This document shows, piece after piece, positions 26,630-37,878 of a stretch of 60,749 nucleotides of DNA. The first letter of the stretch is position 1; the number at the start of each line of letters is the position of its first letter. The notes below the pieces were generated by a model, which ran no database searches, was not told the DNA's origin, and worked only from the letters and a program-made list of their open reading frames with translations. Source of the stretch: Gekko japonicus (lineage: Eukaryota); contig NW_015169320.1 in NCBI RefSeq assembly GCF_001447785.1, positions 1 through 60,749 of the forward strand, read 5' to 3'. A program made the translations under genes and the position numbers.

Positions 26630-27035
26630 CTAATTTGCTAATGATTTATCTGTATTTTCTCAAAGAAAATTATACGTTTCTCTTGAATTTGCTGGTCATG
26701 CCATTTCCTAACCTATTCTCCCTTGCTTTCACAAGAATTCCATTTTGATTACCTCAGTAGCCTTTGAAGTGCTGCTCTGTCCATTAGAAGGTTCACCACA
26801 AAGTGCCGTCTCAGGATCTGGGAGATGTCCGAATCGAACAGCTGTGTCTCAGAGTGGTGCACGGGTGTGGCCCTGGTTGATTGTCTGCTGGGCTCGATGG
26901 GAACGAAGAATGAGCGCTTGTTGAGCCTTTGGTGGCTCTTGAAATGGTGTCCCTCAGGAACGATGTAATTACCAACTGAAACAACATCTCACTGGGGACA
27001 GGTTGACTCACACCGCTTGGTGAAATGCAAGTAAT
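26630..27035 (-). promoter_or_regulatory. OR-D upstream module: putative exon ending 26753 plus promoter
   Basis: CTACTGAG|GTAATC donor; TCCCTCAGGA followed by GTAATTA (O/E-like plus homeodomain-like). Confidence 0.55.
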
Positions 27036-28589
27036 TTCTTTTTTTTAATGAATTTTTAAATAATTTTACAAACACAAAAAATACACACTATACTAGTACA
27101 ATTATACATATAACATAAGCAATCATCTTACATAAGCACAAACATTAACGTGAACATGTATCATCTACTTCATCTACCATGTCTAATTCTTACATACACT
27201 ATAATCTCCCTTAAAAATAAAAGCCGAATGGTGGTGGCACTTCTCTAGAACATTCCACATGCTCCAAAATCAGTTTGCTCTCTGATCTGTCATTCAGAGG
27301 GTCTCCCTATCCACTGGCTGCTTTGCCTGAGTCCTGCCTCCAACATTCTAAACATTTTGCTGTTCCTCCCCCCCCCATAGCCAGTCAGAACACAGAGGTT
27401 ATTTGCATATGCAGCCTCATTGGCCTTTGCCTCGGAACACAGAGGTCGTTTGCATATGCGACTTGATTGGCTTTTGCCTCTAACATTCTAAACAGTTTGC
27501 TCTTCTGAGGTAAAATGTGTCCAATCTCCAGGTAAGGGCTGGAGATCACTCAGAATTACAACTGCTTTCCAGACGGCAGAGATCAGTTCCCCTGGAGAAA
27601 ATGGTGGGCTCTGTATCCTTATATGCTGCTGAGATGGCCCCCATGACAGCCAATGTGATGTAGAAGTCAGGGCTTCAGAGCACGGGAGAGGCTGCAGGTG
27701 TGTGGGGGGTGGAAAGCTGAAGAGTGAAGGGGAAATAAAGGTAGGTTGATGATTGGCTGGGAAGGAGATAGGGTTGCCAACTCCAGGTGGGAAATTCCTG
27801 GAGATGTGAGGGATGGAGCCTGGAGAGGGTGAGGTTTCAGGAGGCGTGGGACCTCGGACAGGTACAAAGCCATAGACTCCACCCTCCAAACCAACTATTC
27901 CCTTCTGGGGAACCATCATTGCCAATCTCCAGGTGAGGGCTGGAGATCACTCAAAATTACAACTGTTCTTTAGGTAGCAGAGATCAGTTCCTCTGGAGAA
28001 AATGGTGGACTCAGTGTCATTATACCCTGCTGAGGTCGCCACAGCAAATTGACACTGAGTGTCCAAGGCCGGGGCACCCGCCCAGAGCCTCTTTCTAGAG
28101 GTTGTTGTATTTATTTCCACAACGGGCCTTTTTCCTAGTACTACAATAATTTATTTATTACAGTTGTCAATCAGAGCTGACTTTCTTGCATATGATTTGT
28201 TTAAATATGCTCTAAATTTCTGCTTCTATTTAATTGTATTCTCTCTTTTCTGTGAAATGGAAGTAATTTCCACCAACTATTTCTCCCAAGTTGTATACTG
28301 CTGTACTTAGACTGTTACCGGCAATCAAAAGGAACAGTAGCACTGAATGGTTGTGGAAAATGCTTTGTGGCGGATGGGGGAGGTTTTGTGGAGAAACAAG
28401 ATTAGTCTCAAAATAAACATGGTTTCCTTGTCCGGTAGATACACTGCTGGTCAGATCCATAAAAAAAACCCTCCTTGCAGAGGGAAAACTGATGTGTTAG
28501 ATACAAACATGAGCTTGATCCTTTTCTCTCTAACATGTTTCCTGTCAGAGGGACTCATGCAAAGAATCTCCTCTCTCCACACTGGGTCT

Positions 28590-28872
28590 GAGGAAGAAGA
28601 TGAAGAGATTGGATTTATGCCCTGCCCTTCACTTGGAATCTCAGAGTGGTTTACAATCTCCTTTCCCTTCCCCTCCCCACAGCAGACACCCTGTGAGGTA
28701 GGTGAGGCTGAGAGAACTCTTTTGAGGACTGCTCTTGAGAGAACACCTCTGAAGGGACTGTGACTGACCCCAGGTCACCCAGCAGCTGCATGTGGAGGAG
28801 GAGTGGGGAATCAAACCCGGTTCTCCCAGATTAGAGTCTGCACTTCTAACCACTACACCAAACTGGCTCTGA
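28590..28872 (-). mobile_element. tRNA-derived SINE (Squam3-like)
   Basis: AGAGCCAGTTTGGTGTAGTGGTTA...GGTTTGATTCCCC A/B boxes and (CTT)n tail. Copies at 39475-39763, 44823-44950, 45521-45785 and 58620-58903; partial at 8380-8495 and 21440-21590. Confidence 0.8.
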
Positions 28873-29044
28873 GTCCCAAATAGATAAAGGCATATGTCGT
28901 CCTGGGATGACCTCTTAATGACCTTTGCAAGGCTACCCATGATCTTCCAGAAATGCCATCATCTCATGCCCGTGGGAACAGCTTGCCCCATTCAGCACTG
29001 TTTCAGTCTACTGAACGGTCTTTAGCACCATGTAGAGCACACTG

Positions 29045-29273
29045 CCAACCTGGCAGTTTCAAAGCAAGAAATTGCAAGTAGATAAATAGGTACCACTTCG
29101 GTGGGAAGGTAACAGCGTTCCGTGCGCCTTGGTGTTTAGCCATGCCGGCCACATGACCACGGAAACGTCTTCGGACAGCGCTGGCTCTTTGGCTTTGAAA
29201 TGGAGATGAGCACCGCAACCCTAGAGTCGGATTCGACTGGCTTTCGAGCAAGGGAACCTTTACCTTTACCTTT
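29045..29273 (+). mobile_element. Sauria SINE 3' part; fuller copy at 57337-57688 (minus)
   Basis: GGAGATGAGCACCGCAACCCTAGAGTCGG body and (ACCTTT)n tail. Confidence 0.8.
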
Positions 29274-29619
29274 AGAGCACACTGCAGTGATTTACTTTTG
29301 ATGTGATAGAGGCAGGAACTGTGGCTAGATCATACTTATTCAGGAAGGGCCACAGCTGGTATGTCAACCATAGCTGGCTAAAGCTGCCATAGACGAAAGG
29401 GGAGACCTGAACGAATCTCACAGAGCAGTACAAATTTCTCCTCTTTGGTGGAATGCAGTCCCATAATTGCCCCCCAAACGTTTCTCTGGCTCAGATTGTC
29501 ATCTGAATTTGTATACCTCCTTTCCCCCATGATGCCTTCAAAACTGTGATGGCAGTAAATTGGAGCTAAACTAGATGTGTTGGCATCCTCATCATAGCCA
29601 CCCCAAAGATGCTGCCAAT

Positions 29620-31137
29620 TGTTATGTCTTCATTGTATTAATGTACATGTTAAGCTTGAGACCTTGGCCAGGATTGTAAGCTGGAACAATCCTATTGGCT
29701 AATGTATAATTGTAACCAGTCAGAAGCCAGAGAACTGTGCTGGAGGGAACGAATTTGATTGGATGTTATCTTTACAATGCTATTGGTCCTTAACTGTCCT
29801 AGGGCGTGGCTACACCAGCCCGGGATAGTTTAAAAGGGAGCTATGCTCCACTGTTTTGTTGTTGTGTGTTCTCCTTGTTAGGAGAAATCCTCTTTTGGAG
29901 AATTAATCCTTTGCCCAAATCTGCCTTATGTACGACAGGGGCCTAATGGGTTCTTGGCACCAGTGTATACAGAGATCAGAACCAGAATAGACACTCCTTA
30001 TTCCCCATAGAAGAGACAACACAGCTGGATGTTTAAAGAATAAATGTTGTCTTTACTGAATAATATTGGAATTCATAAGCATACACAAAACTGATACGCA
30101 CTCACAAACACACAAGATCCTTTAGGTACAATAGAAATGGAAAGCAATCAGTATGGAAAATAATAAAGCTTTAACTAATTGGAGGTACACACAGAAAAGG
30201 ATAACGGTTAATACTTATCTCATCCAGAGAGAGGTTGATCTTCTCAATGAAGAATGCGGGAACACAAGATCTAGCTACAGGGACTCTACTTCACACGGAT
30301 GGAACCAGCCAACACGTGTGGGCTCCCTTGTAGGCCTCCAAGAGAGCACATGAGAATTACCTGTAGTAGAACCTGAGTGGCCTAGGTGGGGAAAAATGAC
30401 TAGCTAGCAAGCTTGCTGGCTGGCTTGCTGGCAGAACTTAAGTTGCAAAGGTGGGGGGGAGATGGCTAGCGAAGAACAAAGGCTGCTCCTCGCCTTTTAA
30501 AACCTAGTTTGGGGGTTGGCATCAGTGCCAACCTCCCAGCTGTAGTCCGTCCCATTCCCTATGTCTATTGGCCATTGGGATGTGATGTATCTACCTAGAG
30601 GGAGTGGGCAATATTCAAATCTTAGCCTGTACTTCAATGGAACCATTTGGTCAAGCTGTCAAAGTTGCATTGCCATGGAAACCTTTGATGTGTAGAAGCT
30701 CTGGCTTGGTCCAAGAGCTGTAAACAGGAAGCAGTCACTTTCAGATGCAAACCAGATAGAGGGTTACGTGTTGACCAGAAATCCATCCATGGTGGGAAAG
30801 CTGTTGTTTGTAAGAGTCCTTTGGCTGAGCATAATGGAGAATGCCTTCTTGTTCCCAAGGCAGGATGGGTAGGTGTGTGTCTGTCCATTAGCATACCAAT
30901 GCAAGCAGAGCAGGCCAAGCATATAGCATCCAGGTGCAGGCAGACCAAAGCAAGCAAATCACACCGCATTCCAAAACCCATACACAAATGCAGGTACATT
31001 GCATACATTCAAGCATCAGCACAATACAGATAAAAATACAGTTTTAAGCACATCTCTTAACATCCTGATGTTCCTGTTATTAAATAAAGCTGATTTCACT
31101 GTTACTTACGACTCGGCGTTGAGTTCAATACGTAACA
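29620..31137 (+). mobile_element. Solo LTR (about 330 bp net) split by a nested LTR
   Basis: TGTTATG...CGTAACA termini; TTTAAAA near 29830 and AATAAA near 31083; degenerate 5-bp TSD CCAAT/CCGGT. Confidence 0.75.
29876..31062 (-). mobile_element. Solo LTR (1187 bp), nested
   Basis: TGTTA...TAACA, 4-bp TSD TCCT; both ends homologous to 40429-41602 in reverse. Confidence 0.88.
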
Positions 31138-32352
31138 CCGGTGCTGCCCTCTAAGCTGAGTTAGTCTGAGCCAGCTCACAGTTTTTTAGTCTGTGGCTCA
31201 CAGGTTTTTGTCTCAGCTCAGGAAGGACGGGCTCCAGAGCAAACTAATTTATGCAGCAGTCAAATCGCTCCCTCACAACTTTAATGCCAGTAGCTCACAA
31301 AGTAGGATTTTTGCTCACAAGACTCCACAGCTTAGAGGGAACATTGGCTGCCGCCATTTTAAAGCGATTGTAAAATCCTGCCGTCAGGCTGAGGCCCTCT
31401 TGTTTCCCCTTCCTGTGCCTTTTCAGGTCAGGGTTGCCAATTCCTGGTTGGGAAATTCCTGGTGATTTGGGGACAGAGATTGGCAAGGGACCCCAGCGAG
31501 GTATAAATATCATAGCGTTCACCCTCCAAAGCAGCCATTTCCCCAGAGGAACGGATCTCTGTAGCCTGGAGGTCAGTGGTAATTCTGGGGGATCTGCTGG
31601 CTCCACCTGTTGGTTGTCAACCCTGTTTCAAGTGTTGAAACAGCTGTGGGGTATTTGTGTGAGGGGCCATTTTGGCACTTGATAAGTTATAGGGTACGGG
31701 GGGACAAGAGAATTAGTCAGCCATGCTGTGAATGAACCCAATCAGGACTGGGCCCTTGCGGCACTTTAGAATCACTTCAAAATGGCGGCAGCATCCTTGC
31801 GGTGGCCGTGAGGAGGTTCTCTTGTCTCGTTTGGCCCTTAGACATGGGAGACGCTGGGGAAGGTACTTTCCCCAGAGTATCTAGTGGCAAAACTAGGTGT
31901 TGTGGCTATAATGGGTCCTCCGACAGCATTTTAGAGACCAGCCATTTGAAAATGGACCTGTGGCTGCCACAACTTCTAGTTTGGCCTGTGTCCCTAGGAT
32001 GAACGCCAGGCTTCCGGGAACTTACATGTCCCAGTGCTCTGTGTGCCTGGGAGAGAGGACTGGCAGAAAGGCATCCAGTGAGATCCCTCTATTGTGACTG
32101 CAGTCACGCACACCAAATCCACTTTCAATCCACTTTCAAACTGGATTTTTTACTGTGAATTGGCAAAATCCAGTTGGAAAGTGCATTGAAAGTGGATTAT
32201 TTAGTGTGTGTGACCGCAGCCTCAGTAAGAAAGGAAGGGGGTGAGTGGGGAGGGCAGGGATCAGGCATAGGTGGTAAGGATGCCAACTTCCAGGTGGGAC
32301 CTGGAAATCCCCCAGAATTACAATAGATCTCTGGACTACAGAGATCAGTTCC

Positions 32353-33152
32353 TTTCAGAACCCACAGCCAACAACGGAGTACACACTTCTTTAGAAAGGT
32401 GATACTTTTATTGAAGAGCCATAGATGCATTAACATAGGCACTGTTAAGAATAGCAGTTGCCTCTTGAACCTAATGAGATATAGGCAGAGGTCATTTCGG
32501 GGGGAACGCAGGGGAACGCAGTTCCCCCGGGTGAGGTACAGGGGGCGGGGCCCCGCCCCCTGTTTCCGGCCGCCCCGCTTCCGGCCCTCATTCAGCCAGG
32601 AGGAGGCAGGAGAAGAGGGAGGGTAAGTTGCTTCCTCCATGCCTCTCCCCACCCCTGCCTGCCTGGGGCCAGGGAGGGCCTTCGCGGGGCTTTCTTGCAC
32701 TCCTGCTGGCCTTGCAGGTCCACAGCCGGGCCCTTAATGGGGCTCGGCAGTGGAGCTGCAAGGCCGGCGGCGGCGGGCGGGACCGTTGGGGGCAGGGTGT
32801 GTGGCCTTATGACACACTTCCGGTGATGTCAGGGTGTGTGGCATATGCTAATGAGTTATGCTAATGAGTTCCCCTAGCTCTTTTTCTACGAAATGACCCC
32901 CGGATATAGGGCATTCGTATGCACCCCCCCCCTGTGCTGGCCAATTAGGCACCCTCCCGCGCGTGGGCTAGAACCAGCAAGCGTTACTATGCAAAGCTGG
33001 GAATATTTCGGCTCCCACGGCTGGCCACCTGTACTTCTTTTGAGATAAGCATTTCAGCGCTAAGCGGAGAGAAAGCAGAGAGAAAGGAATGCGAAGGCCG
33101 TTTACACAGACACTGAAAGAACATCCCAACCCCCATGGCAGCATAGCTGACA
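32353..33152 (-). mobile_element. Solo LTR of the 11723 family, interrupted by a hAT element
   Basis: 5-bp TSD GTTCC; colinear with the reverse complement of 11723-12119. Confidence 0.85.
32486..32902. mobile_element. Non-autonomous hAT element with CpG-rich interior
   Basis: CAGAGGTCATTTCG...CGAAATGACCCCCG, perfect 8-bp TSD GATATAGG. Confidence 0.9.
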
Positions 33153-35514
33153 GTTCCCCCGGAAGAAATGGCTGTCTTGGAGGGCAGGCTCTATGGCATT
33201 TATACCTCACTGTGGCCCTTTGTCCATCTCTGCCCCCAAATCTCCAGGAATTTCCCAACCATACCCAGCTGAGGTTCCATCCTTCCCCCAACCACACCTT
33301 CCCCGGGCTTGTCCCCCAAACCTCCAGGAGTTGGCATGCATAGCTTGTAGAGGGGGAAACTAAATGGGGGTGGGGAGGGGGTTTGGGAGGCCATCAGACC
33401 CTATCATATTCCAGTGAGGTCTTTGGGAACCCAGTTGGATCCAAATGTTAGAAATGAACCGAGAAACTACTGAGTATACTAATTTTTTTTTTTGGAAGAC
33501 AAGAGCATTTGCAGAGGAGTCCTTCTCCTCCTTTTCCTTGCCCCCTCCCCCCGTCTGCCTGGCCCTTCAAATTCCTGCTTTTTTATCACATTATGGCTTT
33601 ATTGCCGCATGATTTTTTTGGCTCTTGGTTTTATTCATTGTCATGCAGTTTTTGGAATGTTCAGCTTTGTTTTTTATGACATCCATCGCTGGTTATTGCT
33701 TTTGGAGTTGCTGTTTTGTTTTGACATTCTATTCTGAGATATATTTTTTTAATGCTAACATGGAGGGTGGGGTATACATATTTTCAAACAAATAATTTTA
33801 AAAAAAGATACAGATTTACTTCGCTGTTTTAGGAATACACAAAGGGATTCATCATGGGGCTGAGCACCGCTCTGTCTTCGGAAGCATTTTGGAAATGCAG
33901 GTCATGCGCCATAGTGAAGGTGGTGAGGAGATGTCCCAAGAAATGCAATTTTTGGTGGCAAGTGGCTTTGTTCCTCAGGGATTTGGTCCTCCAGTTCATT
34001 CAGGGGACTGATTAAACCTGCAGCTCTACTTATGCAGCAGAACTCACACACCTTGCCTTGCACACAGACACTGACGCTTTCTTCCACCCAAGGCAAAAAT
34101 ATGCTTCTTCCCACCTTTCACTCCATTCATAAAGGAGCCGAGCATCACCGTAAGGCACAAAGAAGAGCCAACTTCTCCCTCAGACTCTGACTTGGAGCTG
34201 GAGGGAGCCTTCTGCTGGGTGGATCTTCTGTTTTGATGACTTCCAAGGTACAGAAGTGGGAACTGTGACCAGGGCAAAGGAGGCTGGGCAATTGGGTCTG
34301 AACAGATGCCATTTTCGAGCAAGCAAAACTGGGGCTTCTGCAGGGGAATGCTCCTTATAAAATTATGGTTTGCCATGCAAGGATTCCTGACTGCCTTTGT
34401 ACAGGCTGCAGCCAATACTCCCTCTAAGCTGTGGAGTCTTGTGAGCAAAAATCCTACTTGGTGAGCGACTGGCATTAAAGTTGCGAGCAGGCGATTTGGC
34501 TACTGCATAAATTAGTTTGCTCTGGAGCCCCCCCTTCCTGAGCTAAGACAAAAATGTGTGAGCCGGAGGCTAAAAAACTGTGAGCTGGCTCACACTCACT
34601 CAGCTTAGAGGGAACACTGGTGGCAGCATAGTTTCAATGGGACCCTGAATGAAGGTTGTCAATGGGACAGGTAAAGAAATCCTGCCCTTGTAATAGAGAT
34701 TGTTCCTAGTCTCGTCATTCAAAGCCTTTGGTTAATGAAAAGCTCTTTCTGGTTTGCAGAAAAAGGAGAGTTGACGGAGGGTGGGATCCAGCCAACTTTT
34801 GTGTTGGTGAAAGAGGAAAGAGGGGTCATACCCGACCACCCAAAAGAGGCTGTGCTGAGGATCACGGAAGATGCATGGACCAAAGCCCTGTGTGCTGGGG
34901 GCTTTAATAAAGATGGGAAATGGGTGGTCTTGAGTGCAAGCGAAGCCTGGATCCCAACCCAGGATGCTTGCACTGCGGTTTGTTAAATATATACCAGAAT
35001 GATCAGCAGTGCAACCCTCAGCGGAGCTTAACCCTTCTAAGCCTGCTGACTTCAACAGACCCAGAAGGGTGTACGTTATCCTTCAGATGGCACTGCAAGT
35101 ATTCCACTTCAGTTAAGAATATTAGAAAATATTCCAGAATCTACAGTTCTCAAATAGGCAAGACTCGTGAGCATTCTAGGAGAGACAATGCCCACTGTGG
35201 ATTTCCTTCTTGGCCGCCTCGGGAGGTGGTGGGCTCTCCTTCTTTGGTTTTTTTTAAAAAGAGGCTAGATGACCATGTGGCAGCAATGCTCATCCTGTGA
35301 ACTTAGGCAGATCACGAGAGGGAGGGAAGGAAGGGTTGCCTCCGTGCTTAGTTTTTGTGGCCCTTTCTTACATGCTCAGGGAAATGCTGATCGCCACGTT
35401 GGGGTCAGGAAGCAATTTTTCTCCAGGCCAAATTGGCTGGAGATCCTGGAGGTTTTTTGTCATCTTCTGGGCGTGGAACAGGGGTCCCTGGGTGTGTGTG
35501 TGTTGTTGTTGTTG

Positions 35515-36013
35515 TTCAGTCGCACAGTCGAGTCCGACTCTTCGCGACCCCATGGACCAGGTCCCGCCAGGCCCTCCTGTCTTCCGCCATCCTCTGAAGT
35601 TGGCTCAATTTCATGTTCGTTGCATCTATGACACTGTCTAACCATCTCATCCTTTGCCGTCCCCGTCTTCTTTGACCTTCAATCTTTCCCAGCATCAGGG
35701 TCTTCTCCAGTGAGTGCTCCCTTCTCATTGGGTGGCCAAAGGATTTGAGCTTCAGTTTCATTATCTGGCCTTCCAGGGCACAGTCAGGGTTGATTTCTTT
35801 TAGGATCGACTGATTTGATCTCCTTGCAGTCCAGGGGACTCTCAAGAGTCTTCTCCAGCACCATAGTTCAAAAGAATCTATTATTCGGCGCTCGGCCTTC
35901 CTTATAGTCCAACTCTCGCAGCCATACATGACTACTGGGAATACCATTGCTTTGACCATGTGGACTTTTGTTGGCAGGGTGATGTCTCTACTTTTTATCA
36001 TGCTGTTTAGGTT
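35515..36013 (-). mobile_element. BovB (RTE) LINE 3' end; a third short copy at about 50960-51065
   Basis: Open RTE C-terminal ORF (LEKTLMLGKIEGQRRRGRQRMRWLD); near-identical to 3705-4200. Confidence 0.9.
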
Positions 36014-36648
36014 CGTGGAGGGGGTTGGACTAGATGACCCTGGAGGTCCCTTCCAGCTCTGTGGTTCTAGGATTCTATGAAATAGGAGGTGGGGAGGACA
36101 CAAACAATGCAGCTGTTGAGGCTGGCTTCCATAGCTGCTGGCCAGCTGTGGAGACGTTTCCTTAGGCAGGGAGGGAAAGCATGATTCTCTAGCTAGGAGG
36201 CTCTGGCTGACTTTCCCTCTGCAGATTTTATACGCCCTTAAATGTTAACCGTCCCCCTCCATCCCCAGTTCCCCTGGCTTTTTGTGAGATTCTTCAAGCT
36301 TCAGCAAAGTTAGAGGAACATGTATCTGACCGTGTGAAACTTTGATACAACCTCCAGTCAATCCTCAGTAACTACCAAAATGCACAGGAGAGATCAGCAA
36401 ATGCTTGGAGGAAAGATCTTGGAAGGACACTATGACTTTCTTAAAGCTCAGCAGGACTCCGCTTGAATGGGAGGCTGGCTGGGGAGGCATTTCAGTGATC
36501 TTGAGCCTTCCAAAGGAAGAGGGAGGAAATGATCATAAGAGAGGGATGCAAAAAATGTGCTGTGAAACAGAGTGCAACATCGGAACTTGGAAGCATGCAT
36601 GGGAGAAAAAAAGGACGTTCAAGGCAAAAAACAGATCTCAGACACAAC

Positions 36649-36856
36649 CAATGTTCCCTCTAAGCTGTGGAGTCTTGTGAGCAAAAATCCTACTTTGTGA
36701 GCTACAGGCATCAAAGTTATGAGCAAGTGATTTGGCTATACTGCATACATTAGTTTGCTCTGGAGCCCTCCTTCCTGAGCTAAGACAAAAATCTGTGAGC
36801 TAGAGGCTAAAAAACTGTGAGCTAGCTCACACTAACTCAGCTTAGACGGAACACTG
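36649..36856. mobile_element. hAT MITE (about 208 bp); copies at 31139-31346, 34413-34619, 37623-37829 and partial 49340-49452
   Basis: CAGTGTTCCCTCTAAGCTG-type TIRs; 8-bp TSD GACACAAC. Confidence 0.88.
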
Positions 36857-37878
36857 GACACAACCCTCCCATGCTGACAACCCCTTTCCAAAGCAGGGAT
36901 GTCAAAAGAGGCTCTTTCATCCAACCTTCTGATCTAGCAGCGGAGGATGATAGTATCAGCCGTTCTTTGTGAGGCTAACCATCTGTTGATTGTTCAGAAT
37001 GGTTAATAGATGGGAGATGTTCCCATTAGGGTTGGAGAGGTCTGCTGTCCCTGCAGAGAACTGTTGCATTGTCTATAATAGCAAAAGTTTGATGTGGCTA
37101 GTGCTGTCTTGGGGAAACTGAAACAGGATCAGCTGTTGAGCTCTCTGCGTTATAGGATTACCTTTGCCCACAATATGCTCTGCTTGTATATATATGCCGA
37201 TAAAGTCAATGTTAACATATTGCAGCCCAAAGATTACATGAAATTAGGCATAGGTGGGCTTGTAATAGCATCCCCCAAGCAGTTTACACTGTGGGTCAGG
37301 ACTGGGGCACTTCCTAAGGACTTTGTTCAACTCTGTTCCATACCATTGTCACCTATTGTAACTGCTACCTCTTCTGCCTTTAGCCCTGATAGGGCATAAA
37401 GGGAGGCTTTTAAAAATATTAAAAATTATGTTGCCCAACAGCAGTCCATTTCAAGAGCATTTGTTGGGGTTGTTCTTACTTACACATTAATTTAGAACTC
37501 ATGCGGAAAAGGTTGCTTCTGAGGAACGAAGGAATGGATCCTGCCATTCCTAAAGGGCAATCCTGCTAGGGATTTTTTTTTAAACTTTCAATTGAAAAAA
37601 AAGATGAACAGGTAGTAGTAACCAGCGTTCCCTGTAAGCTGAGTTAGTGTGAGCTAGCTCACATTTTTTTTAGCCTCTGGCTCACATATTTCTGTCTTAG
37701 CTCAGGAAGGATGGCTTCAGAGCAAATTGAGTTATGTAGTAGCCAAATCACTTGCTCACAACTTTAATGCCAGCAGCTCACAAAGTAGAATTTTTGCTCA
37801 CAAGATTCCACAGCTTAGAGGGACCACTGGTAACTGCTTTTGATATCTGAAATGGACACCTTTCTATTCTGATTCCAG

